From Albugo candida (lineage: Eukaryota): a DNA stretch of 64,000 bases. The stretch lies in contig JBDOQK010000006.1 of the NCBI GenBank assembly GCA_040437565.1, positions 496,001 through 560,000 on the forward strand. The letters are read 5' to 3'. The position numbers and the translations under genes were made by a program. Under the pieces are notes generated by a model. It made no database searches. It saw nothing but the letters and a program-made list of their open reading frames with translations, and was not told the DNA's origin. Positions 36,278 through 49,554 of this stretch are shown in pieces. The stretch's first letter is position 1; each line of letters starts with the position of its first letter.

Positions 36278-37316
36278 TTACGCACTGCACTGAGCCAGTA
36301 ATTCGGTAATATTCTCTTGAATATTGTTTCGTTGTCGCTCTAAATAGCTTTTTTGACTCTGCAACATGTACATTTATCAAGGGTAACGAGTTCAGCCAGT
36401 TCATTGCATTTACCTCCACTGTGTGTATCGTCTTTCCAATGCTGCTCACCTCTTCCTCAATATGTTTGAAATTTGAAGGCATATCTGTTCTCACAAACAT
36501 TTTCCCAACGCTTTGATAGGTCTTGGTCTCTTCGGGAAGAGTTTCCAATTCTTTTGCTACGAGTGCTAAACGCCTTTTCTGTTGCTCGAGCGAGGTCAAG
36601 CTGGCTTTGCTCTATTATACAAGCACTTTGTTAACGCAAACACAGATGACAGTCATTAATATTTGAACCATATCAAGTTCGCGTTGAATGCTGACAAGCT
36701 GAGGCTGAAGCTCCTGTAGCTCTTTCATGACAGCTGGAGTCAATACGGTGGATCCAGATCCTTTACTTGGCATGCTTTCTTGAACTTTGTTTGACGATCT
36801 CCTCATAGAGAGAGCATCTTCAGCGCTTTTGTTTGCCGATTGAGCTGCTCGTAATGTCGCAATTGCTTCTTCCCGCTTTCCAAGATATTTTTGAGCATTT
36901 GCCAATCGATGATAGCCTAGAAGAGCGTCAGTGTTACTCGGTATCATATCCTATAACTAAGAGGATGCGTTACCTTTGGCAAAAGATGGTTTTTTTTGTA
37001 CACAAACTTTCGCGTCTTCTTCTGCACGTTCCCACTGAGAACATGCCCCATAAGCAGCACTAGAAACATAATACCAATGCATTACAATTGAAGATATAAT
37101 CCATTGCCCACCTCCTATTGGAATAATAGATGTGATTTTCTGGGTCCAAGCGGATGGCTTCGCTGTAATACTTTATCGCTTTGTCAAAATTCTTTGCGTT
37201 AAACTCCTCATTGCCCAAGCTACATAGGTAATTTTTATGATAAGCGATGTACATATTCCCATAAGCATAGAAGCACACGTTTTTTGCTCCTCGGCAGCAT
37301 CGATTCCAGTGCTCAT
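36278..37316 (-). CDS. TPR domain-prefoldin subunit 1 fusion protein (6 exons)
   Basis: Spliced: [52 protein letters not shown] (3 TPR), a linker, then ELQELQ..LETLPEETKTYQSVGKMFV..KSYLER..ENITELL (PFDN1-like). Confidence 0.85.
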
Positions 37317-37536
37317 TGCAGATAAAAGAGACCGGTTCAATCGCTTTGCAAACCGGTTTTGGATCTCTTACGCAAACTCTCTCTGTCGTTTTTGCTGATA
37401 AAGAATTGTTGAGATATAGACACGTTCCGCAATGCTGTATCCCACGGCAAAAGGTTCGATTATCCAATGGTGCCAGGGACGTTACGCGAAGGTGGAGCAG
37501 TGTTTTAGATAGTGTTGCGGGAATGTGACGCACTTT

Positions 37537-37550
37537 TCACTTCACATTTC
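37537..37550 (+). promoter_or_regulatory. Oomycete INR-FPR element upstream of CAMK
   Basis: TCACTTCACATTTC 11 bp before ATG 37562. Confidence 0.45.
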
Positions 37551-37561
37551 CTAATGCGGCC

Positions 37562-39150
37562 ATGGGTGCTGCTCAATCTTGGTGCTGTGGTGACAACGTA
37601 CCAGATTATACGCTCTTATTTCCATTAAATAATAAACAGTCAACACACAATACACTGTTGATTAATGGATCCGCGAAAGGAGATAGAAAGGAGATCAGAA
37701 AGACTCGCGCTCAGGTCTCTAGCACTCTTCCAATAATAATACGTTCCTTTTCACACTTTATAACTCGCTTCAACCTCGCAGGCGATTCTTATGCAAGAAC
37801 CGTGCTACAGTGAGGGAACGTTAGAGTATAAATATGAAATGATATCTGAGATTGGTCTGCCCCGCCTTTAAATCACTCAACTCTTCTGATCAAGGTTGTG
37901 TAGGACATGGTAGTACTTCGATTGTGTATTGCTGCAAGGAGAGAAACACAGAACGATTATACGCGTGCAAAATAATAGATCGTCGACTGATACGAGATAA
38001 ACGTGATGATTTTCTGGAGCAGTTTCAGGTTGAGAAAATGAAAGATTTTCGATTTGGCCTGATTATTGGATTCGTTATAGATCGAGATACAGGTTCTTCA
38101 ATCAATGCGTCATCCAAACATCATTCATATTGAAGATGTGTACCTTACAGATTCAAAAATTTGCATGGTAAGAAGCATGACTTCTTTTCATTCCAATGTT
38201 TGTTAGTAATGTTTTGTGTAGGTGACAGAGCACATGGAGGGAGGAGAGCTTTTTGATTACATTGTTAATAAAGGGTTTGAGGATGTTCGCATCAAGTCAG
38301 CACATAAACACTGACGGTTTGACGCATCCTAGATCTCTCTCGGAAGTTGAAGCAAGTAATCTAGTCCGTAAGATCACTTCCGCCGTGGCGTACATGCATG
38401 CGTGTGGTGTAATACATCGGGATTTGAAGCCCGAGAATTTAATGCTAACCAGCACGAAACCAGGCGCTGAAGTGAAGATTATCGATTTTGGTCTAGCCAA
38501 ATTGCTCGATGAGAATGCAGTGACGACATCATTTCTAGGCACGAAGGTGAGTTTATGCTTATCAAGTAGAGATACTAAAATGCTGGTTTATGCGCAAGGG
38601 TTACCTGGCACCGGAGATGCTTCAACGGCAAGCATACACAATGACAGTTGATATTTGGGCGTTAGGAGTTATCGTTTATGTGCTTCTATGTGGATGTTTA
38701 CCTTTCAACGACGATGGTGCTCGCATATCTAATTTGAAAGCTGCAAGAGTAATAGCTGCATTTGGAGTACCAAAGAAGAGCGGAATTGATTTACTCTACA
38801 ATACAGGTTAAATTTGGACTACGATTTCCGCGATGGGCAAGTGATTTGTCGGAGAGCGCCAAGGATCTTCTACGACATTTGCTTGGTACGTATACGGATC
38901 CGCTTGGCGTTTATCGATCGCCAAATCTTTACCGCACATTTCGTTTCATGATTCAGAAGTAGACTGTTCTAAACGATACACAGCCGAACAGGCGCTGGCG
39001 CATCCTTGGGTTACCGGTCATGAAACACCCAATCATTTATTACGTTCTCCCAACTATTTAAAACGTATCAAAGAAGGCCAAAAGCATCGACAAACACCTG
39101 CCGCGCAAGAATCCATCGCACAAAACTTTGAGCGCCGACAATCTCGTTAA
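37562..39150 (+). CDS. CAMK-group Ser/Thr kinase with N-terminal acylation motif (multi-exon)
   Basis: GHGSTSIV, YACKII, HPNII, MEGGELFDYIV, HRDLKPEN, DFG, YLAPE and ALAHPW motifs; starts MGAAQSWCCG. Confidence 0.9.
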
Positions 39151-39522
39151 GTTCGTTATATAGGTNNNNNNNNNNNNNNNNNNNNNNNNNNNNNNNNNNN
39201 NNNNNNNNNNNNNNNNNNNNNNNNNNNNNNNNNNNNNNNNNNNNNNNNNNNNNNNNNNNNNNNNNATGAAATCTCGTAAGGCCGGAGCACAGCGGTCATT
39301 TAACAATTCCTGTTCGTGTTGATTATCACCGTATTTGCTTGCTTTTGACGACGAGTTTGTGGTCGTCACGCTTTTACGTAGAGGAAATTTATTGTGCGAC
39401 ATAGTGTGCAGCATATATCGTCGATTTACTCACTTGCGTACCCTTTGCGCTCTTCGAATTTTGCACTCGCAATCGGTCGTACTAAGCTCAGTACCGTTCG
39501 TCTCTATTCTGATACCTAAGTC

Positions 39523-42500
39523 ATGCGACGCTCTTCCCGTCAGGAGGCTGTCGCTGATAGCAAATCAGAATTCCGCGCGCGGATCCGTGCAAAACTAAGT
39601 GATCCACGGCTAAAATCAGTGCGCAGAGCAGCCTATTGCTTCTATATTCCATACATTTTCTCACATAAACTTTCTCGCTTTCTTCCCTCTCATAGCGATC
39701 TCTTCAGAATGCATTTGATAGCAGCAGTGAAATTGTTCAAGAAGTAAAGCAAAATCAAACACTAAAGCGAAAAGCAAATGACATTGCCATCAAACCGCCG
39801 GATTCCCGTCCTCGTTCCATTTTGAAGCGGAATATAGCGTCCAAAATCAAATCCATTGTATCGACTAATTCGATGTCCGACACCCATCGAAGGCCTTTGC
39901 AGCGCAGACCAAAGAACAAACATCAGAAAGCAGCAAAAGAGCGTCAGAAACTGCCAAAAGAGCATTCTAATCCCGTGCACCATTCAAATTCCCACTCTGT
40001 CACACAGTTTTTCAACGAATTATTGGAATGGGATTTGTACAAAGATTTCAATAATGAAGCTCGTAAAGGTGTAGACTTTAGTGAGACGAATGATAGATCT
40101 GAAGACGGTGAAGTAGAAATCGCTCAAATTCCGAGTAAATTCGACTCATATGAACAATACTTTGCTGTTTGGAAGCCTTTGGCACTGCAGGAAGTACGAG
40201 CACAAGCCTTACGAAATGTGCTGAGTGAGAATGTGAGTGCGATTCCAGTGCTACTTTCTAGCTCCATCCCACCAGATTCCATAACAACAACAAGCTGTAA
40301 ACTTCGAGTGGAAATGAACAAGAAATTAGTCGTGTCAAACATGCGAAACGATATACTGGAAACCTTTTATGTGAACGATTTGGTGCTCATAACGCCTTGT
40401 AAAAAGATTCTCGAGCCATTCATTGGATCTCGATCTGGTAAAGCTTCACAAACTACCGACACATCAATTGATTGTAATACAACTAGCTCAATGCCTCGTC
40501 GAATTCTCGGTATCATCTCCTCTCAACGATGTAGTCGCGAAGGGCTCACACTGACCGCACTCTGCTCACATTATAAAACGATCGCAAACGAATCGGAACT
40601 ATATATATTCAAAATTCACAATCTGATCACTGGACTTCGAGAATTCCGAGCGCTTTGTGACTGTAAAGATTACAAATTGATGGAATTATTATTGTCTGGA
40701 AAACATGAGGCTGGATCGATGAAACTTGATTATCTTGGCGCCGAATACGTTCGATGGCTGAAAAGATCGTTCAATGAATCGCAATTGGAAGCCATCATAG
40801 CGTCAGCTACTTCTCAAGGATTCACATTGATCAAAGGTCCGCCGGGTACGGGCAAGACGACAACACTCAAAGGCTTGCTGAATTCACTACATCTAAGAGA
40901 GTATAGTCGATATTACAACGCTGTATTGGACGTTGCACGCCGACCAGATCACGAAACTAGTAAAGCCTGGGCAGCAGTGAGCAATGAGAAACCGCATATT
41001 TTGGTAACCACCCGCTTCCTTGTAAAGATATAAGGCAGAAATCAACCAACGTACTGTAGGTCGCAGCCCCATCCAATGGAGCGGTCGATAATATCGTCGA
41101 AAAGATCATGGAAGAAGGCTTTTGTGATGGAGAAGGACGAAGATACTTTCCTCAGATCGTTCGAGTCGGCCGCGGCGTTGTATGTAGAATCTCTTTTGTT
41201 CCCTATGGCAATCTTTCAGCAAATTGAATTTGTAGAGCGCTAATGTTCGCAGTGTCGCGCTCGATGATATGGTCGATCAAATCTGCAGCCAACCGCTTGA
41301 CGTACTTGAGAATCGTATTACACAACTTCGACGCGACTTGACAATCGTAAGAGCGTGGTACTCTGTTGTTGTCGAGTATCGATGATTATGTGAACTGTAG
41401 GTCGAGCGAGATTCTGGATACATCCGAGAAGAACTTCGTCAGATTGTGGCGTCAATCAACCGCGATTCCGAGACTCATTTATCTTCACAAAAAACCACCC
41501 ACTTGACTCGTCCAGAGACTCAGGAACTCGAAGCTGTTGAAAGTGAGACCTCAACTAATGCCGAACAACCCGAGAAGCAAATGTCCAAGCCCTCTGATAC
41601 ACAAGTGGCGGCATTAAGTATGGAGGACAGCAGTGATGAGGAAGAAGACGATGAACCATTCCCGGCCACAATCTCATCATCAAATGCTCAAGAGATCACA
41701 TTCAATCACGAGGAAACCGCAGATGCGTTCCAGGCTCTTATGGGTGAAGACGAAAGCAGTCCTGACGAAGATGAGCCTCTACCGATAGCGCATTCGACGG
41801 TCAAAATAGACCGGGATATGTCAGACGATGATGTAGACGAACCATTTCCATCAACAATTCAAGCAATTTCCGAGAGTGATAACACTATACCACAGCCTCC
41901 ATCCAATCCATCGAAATCTGAGTCTACCACATTGCCTTTGGATCCATCCATCTCGTCGACCTCTACAATCATTCAAAGTGTCATGGAAGCTGCACAATCG
42001 ACACCTCCAATTCCTTCAGCTCAGGCATCGAGTGAGATATCTGAGAAGAAAGCAAATGTGGAGCCTATCGAGTACACGCAAAGCGAACTCTATCGAAATG
42101 TGGCGCAGCGTATTAATTGCTGTTTGGAACGGCGTGGCGCGGTATGACTCAGAAAGCGTATCTTATTACCGCTAATGTTTTGTATCCTCCAATAGCTTCT
42201 CTTGGAGCTTCAACGCTACAATTTTGCACGACGAGCGGTTATGGAAAGCGGGAAGCCAAGTCAAACAATGCGTCATTCCCTCGAAGTCTCATTTCTAGAA
42301 ACAGCTCATATCGTCTTTACAACACTCAGTAGTGCTGGTGTCGCTACTCTTGACGCAAGCTCACGATACGATGTTCTTGTGATCGATGAGGCCGCGCAAG
42401 CAGTGGAATTATCGACGATAATTCCCATGAAGTTTGGAAGCCGGCAATGCGTCCTTGTAGGGGACCCACAGCAACTCTCAGCGACAACGTTTTCTCGTAC

Positions 42501-43639
42501 AAGTGCACAATCTCTGTATGAACGAAGTTTATTTGAACGGCTTGAAAGTTGTGGCCATCCGGTTCACATGTTACGCACACAATATCGAAGGTAAAGACTT
42601 GCTGGACTCGTGCGCTGCTGACTCGCGTCATTTCTAGCCATCCGATGATCTCTGAATTTCCACGACACTATTTCTATAACGGCTTGCTTCAGGATGGCGA
42701 GAATGTCAAACAGCGCTCATACACGAAATCGTATCATCAACTTTTTGGTGCAGCATTCCAGCCACTTGTATTCTGGAATCTCATTCATAGTCGCGATACT
42801 TTGCGCTCAGTATCACGTGTGAACCTCGGTGAGGCCGATCTTGCGGTCAATATTTACCTCACATTGAAGCGGTCGTGTCCACCTGACGCTGTCGCCGGGA
42901 AAGTTGGCATTATTACACCGTACAGCCAGCAAATGGAGGAGCTTCGCATGCGTTTTAGAAAAGCGATTGGCGATCGATACGAGTCGGAAGTGGAAATTAA
43001 TACAGTGGATGGGTACCAGGGGCGCGAAAAAGATATCATCATCCGTACGTGTTATTGACGAGCTTGTTGGTTCCGATGATACAGATACTTATTGTAGTGT
43101 CAACGGTGCGTGGCGATCCAAGAGCGGGAATCGGATTTTTGAATGATATCCGACGCATGAATGTTGCGCTTACACGAGCCAAATTTGCATGTTATGTGCT
43201 TGGAAGAGAGACTACTTTGCGCTCCTCTCAACCTTGGGCTGCATTTCTGGATCATGCGTATGCACGTAATTGTATCGTTCATGTGGAAAACCCGTCATGC
43301 AATCTCACGACACTTCGTCCGGTGCTCCGACAAGGCACAAGCTGTAATGAACCAAATCAAGACCTTGTACAACACGCACCAAAACCTCCACTACAGCTTT
43401 TCCAATCGGCGGGTAAGCCCAGGATCTTCGATTTAGGCGAGCGAGATCAGAATCAAGGCATTCGGTATGGATCAAAAATGAAGAAAAAGCATAATAAAAG
43501 AGGAAATGAATCTCGACAAAGTCAAGTTCCCAACTCGAAATTAGAAGGGAATTCGGGTGAAGAAGGTGAGAAACGTGGAACGAGTGCTGGATCCAGAGTC
43601 AATACTAGGGATCCTCGCCGCTTCAAGCGCTCCTCATAA
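39523..43639 (+). CDS. Sen1/senataxin-like SF1 (Upf1-like) helicase (multi-exon)
   Basis: GPPGTGKT, APSNGAVD, DEAAQ, VGDPQQL, SLFERL, QYRSHP, TVDGYQGRE and RRMNVALTRAK motifs. First exon at 39523 is inferred from in-frame splicing. Confidence 0.88.
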
Positions 43640-43769
43640 GACTCGTCAACGACCAGCTTCACTCTATGATATTCTAACTCCATTTAAGCGGTAAATATAG
43701 AATGCTTTTTACCCACTTTATTGACGATTCCGATTCAAATTGCATTTCAGCGACTTGGCGGGAGCAGAC

Positions 43770-45176
43770 ATGTGTGAGTCTAAGTTAGATGTGCAGTTTG
43801 TGGAAGAATTCATGGCGCACTTTGTTGCAGTTTTACGGCGCAATGGGGGTGGGTTGCTGTCGAGATCAGAAATACATCATTCACGTTTGAAAAGCGAATT
43901 GGCTGCATCCAGCGACGTTGACGAGCTAGGGACCTATATCCACGACTCAGCTGCGGATAGTAATCTCATGATCCGGCTACCTTCGATGGAAGTTTGCCTA
44001 CAAGATTGGTGGGGAGATAGTACTTTCAATGCGCTGAATCTTACGAACGTTGTAGGTGGGATTACTATGCTTCAATGACACCATACAAAGGACAGATGAC
44101 ACTCAAAGTCATGCGATCAATCTTTCAAGATTTGGCTCATCTATTTGTGGGACCACCAGCAACAGCAGTAATGGCCGTGGTGGACGCGTCTTTTGCATTT
44201 TGGACGGACAAAGAGGAAGTCGAGAAAAGTGTTTTCTTCTATTGGATTTATATGTTTGCGCATTTGGTACGTGAACGGAGCTCACGTATGGAGGCGTTGA
44301 TAAAGTGTTATTATTAGATGACAGTATCACATCGAATGGATGAATACATTCGATTTTGTAAGGAAACACTGACTCGTATCATAGAAAAGGACGACGAGAA
44401 GCATCGACGAGAACGATTTCCAGCTCGTTTCGAATCTAATGTTCCTGGCGCGTATGCGATGGGAAGAGCGGGGATTGTCGACGACACCACAATGGGTAGC
44501 GAGGAAGAGCAGATGGAGGCTTGTTTTCTGCAATATTTGACAAAGCCTTTGGTTTCACAGACACAAATTGTACGAGCTGCAAAAAGTTCCCGGAAGCAAA
44601 CAAATAACACGCATTCGAATGAAATGATCGCCAGGCAGAATCCTCTGACTCTAGCTACAATGCACCGTTTTCCTCCACTGCATATCACTAAGGTCAAATC
44701 CAAGTCAAGTGCACAAAGCTATAAATAGTGAAGAAGGCCGAATGGAGTCGGTCGAAGCACTGAAAGCGACAATTTCAATCTTACAACAGGAGCTTCAGGA
44801 GGCACGCCACAAGCTCAAGCAATGTCAATGCTCCGATTCGGTCGAAAAAAAGACCAAGATGCTCGCATCACCGAAGGCTTCTGCGAACTCTATCAAAGAG
44901 GTCAGCAAGCCTGAAGGAACTCAATTGAAGCGGGAAAAAACACTCAGTCCAGGAAAGCAAACCGCTCAAGATGACAAGAGAGCAGAGAGAATTGCAGCTT
45001 CACTTCCTGCTATTGGCACACGAAAGGGAAAATGGCTGCTGGAGGAGCGTTATGTCGTTTCTCGGAAGCATTGCACAAGTAGTAAGACGACAGCGTTGTT
45101 GGTGAGAGAAATGTGGCTTTGGAATGGACGGCCAGTCAAGCTGGAACGACACGTAACAGTCCCGCTTGAAACATAA
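43770..45176 (+). CDS. Hypothetical multi-exon protein with coiled-coil segment
   Basis: Successive + strand ORFs separated by intron-like segments; coiled coil VEALKATISILQQELQEARHKL. No family recognised and one junction near 44.65 kb is unresolved. Confidence 0.5.
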
Positions 45177-45336
45177 GCAGGCATGTAATAAAAGGTTGCC
45201 GACGTCATCAAAAATCTTTGCGTGTGACTTCTTCGAGTGCTTTCTCAATATATCACGTCTTGTTATCAATCGACAAATCTCAACGTCTGACCCGCTATTC
45301 ATGGTTTTCTTAATTACCATCCATCGTTATAAGCAT

Positions 45337-45906
45337 CTACTTGAGAGGAATGAATCGAGACGAGTTGGTCGCTCCAATACCAGGACGCCCGTGAGCCACA
45401 GGCTTGTAGGAAATGGCGAATTCGCCGAGGTAGTGCCCAATCATTTCAGCCTACATAGAGCATACATCACACTGAGTCCCCGACACGTAAATGAGATGCG
45501 GGAAGAACTGACCTTCATTTCAACTCCGTAAAAAGCTTTTCCATTGTAAATACCAACGACAGATCCGATCATTTCAGGAACGATAATCATATTTCGCAAA
45601 TGAGTTTTAATTCCTTCAGGTCGTTCCATTGGTTTTGCTGCTGCTTTCGCTTTTCGAAGACGTTTGATAAGAGCCATAGGTTTGCGTGTCAGACCGCGAG
45701 AAAATCGACGACGGATACGCGAAGGCATCAATCCCATGAGTTCTTCATGGTTCAAGTCGAGCAATTTATCAAGATCGACGCCACGGTATGCGAACTTTTT
45801 GAATGCGCGCTTCTTACGAAGTGCAGCTAGTTCCAATGCGGATTTATCGTCTGCCTATACATATGTGTCAGCAAAGTCGTATCCAAAGAAACAAGGCACG
45901 TACCAT
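45337..45906 (-). CDS. RPS15: 40S ribosomal protein S15 (uS19)
   Basis: [41 protein letters not shown] and C-terminal [11 protein letters not shown]; exon 1 is the ATG alone. Confidence 0.97.
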
Positions 45907-46032
45907 TATGAATGTTGTCGATGGGAAGTGGTAATATTGGGTGGTCGACAATGAGAAGGAGATATTTACACTTTTAGACTAGAATACCGGTATTATGCCA
46001 AGTATACACACTATGCATGTATATCGCTAATA

Positions 46033-47086
46033 ATGTTTATCGATTTGAATCTGCTGGAGGGAAGTTGCATCGGCCTTACGGAATTAAAGCGATGTAAGCT
46101 GCTGAGCGTTGTTATGTAGAAACAAATAGATTGTTGAGACATGTTTCTAGTAGGATATGGATGTGTTGCAGTCAATGTGGAGTGCGATCTAACGTCCGGA
46201 CCAAAACAAGTGGGTGAGCAGATGACGTAGAGATGGAAAGTTGAGCAATGTATTATAGGCATCAGCAGTTCAACTTTTTGAAACAAATCACCAAAAAAAA
46301 AGTGGAAAGAAGAGAAAGTATGGGAAGGAACCGCATTTTGGAAATATCAACGCGCTAGAGGTCAATAGAGATGATAAGCAGCGCTCTAGCTCGATTAGAC
46401 AGCTGAAGAGAATCACACTAAATGTGGAAGACATGAATGCTGCCCAATTAATTGTGCGTTCATTAAGCAAACGAAATGGATCATATTTACCTTTGTATTT
46501 AATTTCGTAGAACAGCTCTGCTGTACTGAAATTGTACGACCTTGTTGCCGCTAAAGCATCCAATCCCAAAGTTTTCCAGTATCTTTGTGAGCACGCCAAT
46601 ATCGATATTATCACATTTGACGTCTCAAATCGATTACCATTCCAGCTAAAACGACCTTGGGTACGTAAGCAGCCTTCTGTTGTTCTACATTTGGAAGTCC
46701 TTATCATAAGGAATAGATCAAAGCAGCGACCAAACGCTCCGTCTTGTTCGAAATTATTTATACGCCACTTTTGTTGGATTCCACGGGTCGAAGGAACTTT
46801 TTCTCCAACACCAACGCTATCATCGGATTAACAAATGGTAAAAATATCATATTGGCAAGCCGAGGGACACGTGAATTGCTATTGCGAGCTCCTTATGATC
46901 TCATCAATCTTGGCATACTTCTGGGGCTCACATACGGTAAAGCAAGCGATGCTATCTCAAACAATGCCCTCATGGCAATAAAACATGCAGGTATATATCT
47001 CTTCATTCGTTCAGCGCTGAATGCGGCTGATTTTTGGTGTTGTAGAAGAAAGGAGAGGAAACGTTCAAATAGTCGCGCAATTATAA
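46033..47086 (+). CDS. RPP30: RNase P/MRP subunit p30 (multi-exon)
   Basis: Starts MFIDLNL; YDLVA, DIITFD..RLPFQLK, FEIIY and GKNIILAS...LRAPYDLINL motifs. Confidence 0.9.
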
Positions 47087-47268
47087 GAATCATAAGTACC
47101 TTGGGCGCATTTTCCGTTAAGTACGCTGATTGAGTAACACGATCGAACAATTATCGAGTATCCAATGTCCCTCTTCCATGACGTACGTGAGAGGTTTCGT
47201 GAGGGTACTTTGGGATTGGCTCCCATTATGCTCATATTTCAATCTTGCGATCTCGCGGATTACATTCC

Positions 47269-49511
47269 ATGAACAGAAGAACGCTCTCGTTCGTCTTGAC
47301 TTTTGTACTTTATTCCCATATTTTGTACATTTACGTGAAGTCAGCACAACCTTGTCGAGCAACATTAGAAGCAAACACTGCGCCGACCATAGAATCCTCT
47401 ATTATCGCAATTGTTTCTGCTGATTGCATTTCTGATCCGAACTTCAATTCGATACTCAAAATTGCAGAGTTTGCACCAACCGAAACCAGTTGGAAAGTTT
47501 TTGAATGGAAGAACGCATTTGAGCTACTTCAAAATAATTTGGATAGTACGCGAATCACTGACGTTATCATTCACGTGCTATTACAAGATAAACACAATCT
47601 TGTCCGAAATATGTGCGTTTTTGATTGAAATCATCGACGACATGAATTGTGACTGACATGTATACATTATCATCAGAAAATTCAATCAGCTCGACGCGTG
47701 GTCGTATGGACCTGTTCTTGAATTTGGTGAGCGGTCATTCGTTCGAATGACTCAACTTGACAGTTTGTATGATATTCTCTGAGCAGCATCTCTGAAACGT
47801 TTCTAAAAGCAGTATGTGTTGTAGAGTTATATCGAATATGGTCGTTAGATTCAATTCGGAACGCTGGGCAGTAAACTTGATTCAGATGTGCGTGTATTCC
47901 ATTTCGAATAGATCTTGAATCAACTCACATCTCTTATCACAGTGAATTCAGGAATGTGACGATGAAAAAATTTGAAATTGCACAAGATTCATTAGTTGAG
48001 AAGATAACATTCCAGTCATCTTCGTTGTCGAAATTCCCATCTGCGGCTCTGAGTCTCTCAAACCTAGCAGAAATGTAGGAATCTTTGCGCAAATCTCATT
48101 TGTGACAAGATCTCAAATCGCTTTGTAGAAACATACTTTCCGTCGCGTTTTTACGACCGCTTCAGCTGACAAGTCGACAATTCAACAGACTGAAGAGTAT
48201 TGATTCTGTTTCATTCAAAAACATAACAGCACCGACCGACGAAACATGCGTCACGATCGATTACATCCAAAATGTCGCTATTTGTGTCACAGGTATGACG
48301 TCTCAGATACGAAGTACGCATCCACAAAATGATGTATTCTCGATTTTACAGAACAGACGAGTAGAAAGGATGATGAAAACAACAAAATTGGTCCGTCATT
48401 TCGGCAAACTTCCTCGGACTATAGAAAGCTGCTCAGTATGATTGCTATATCACTGATGGCTATTGGTCTCATCATTTCTTTATACTTTCTGGCCATGGTC
48501 TTATACCAACGCAAAACGCGAGTAGAAGCCATTGCTGCATCCTTACGACTCGATCATGTGGGCCCTCCTGCGCTTTCAACTTCCGATACATACGAGGCAA
48601 TCAGCGACCACAGAAGTAAAGGTTTACAGTCCGCAATCGAAGTGACAACTGCACATATACGAAACTTTGCAAGTAATAGAATGATAACGTCAGCGGAATT
48701 GAAGCAAAGCCATGTGTTATTGCAACAAAAGGTAGGTGTTTGGGGCTTGTTTCGAGCAGAGTATCAACGGACACCAGTAGTGATATTGAAACTTGATTGT
48801 GGTCTAAGTGAGCATTGGAAATCTAGAAGGAAAACGATCAAACAGCTGAATCAGTTGTCAAAAATACGGCACCGTTTTGTCACACATTACATTGGATTTT
48901 ACACGTCGGCACTAGGCAGCTTACATCTTGTTGTGGAAGCAATGGAAGAGGGGAGTCTGCGTACCTTACTGCTCCGACGTTTCCTCAATTTATCGTGGCG
49001 TCGTCGGCTTTTGATGTGTCTTGACATTGCCAAAGCACTTCAATTTTTGCACTGCACTTCATCCCTCAAACCGAAAGATCGAATGTTGCGTTCCACCAGT
49101 TTTTTATGCAGCTCGAGGTACACGTGTAAAATCGATGTGTTTGACTGCATCTCTGGCATTCGAAGAAGTAAAGTGCCTTTCTTGGCTCTTGGGGAGGGAA
49201 ATCTTGCAGCATACGCTCCTGAGATTCTCGCGTCTGAACGGACCACCGAAGCATCAGAAATCTACATGATTGGAGTGGTCATGTGTGAGATATCCAATCA
49301 ACGAGTAACTTTCCATGATAGGATCATCGAAGAAGGTCCGACATTGACGGATTGTCACTCATTACAAACAGCACAAAATGGCTTGGGTCTAAACGCTTCT
49401 GCTGAAGCTCCAAAGGAGTTTCAAGAATTGATAACCCAGTGTACAGCATCGTCTCCCTCCGATCGGCCGTCAATAACCCAAATTTGGAATATGCTGGTTG
49501 TGATCGAATAG
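47269..49511 (+). CDS. Single-pass receptor-like TKL pseudokinase
   Basis: Signal-peptide-like MNRRTLSFVLTFVLYSHIL, intron-rich ectodomain with an LRR-like stretch (LSKFPSAALSLSNL), TM helix IAISLMAIGLIISLYFLAMVLY, and a kinase fold with APE but no HRD/DFG. Ectodomain exon structure is uncertain. Confidence 0.72.
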
Positions 49512-49554
49512 AAAGAATCGAGAATGGGACACGTCGAGATGCATTGACTTCGCT

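Noticed and set aside
44630-44695. GC-AG intron or programmed frameshift in the hypothetical gene
   Set aside because: A GC donor would join the frames, but it is a poor consensus match and cannot be distinguished from other splice options or a sequence error without RNA data.
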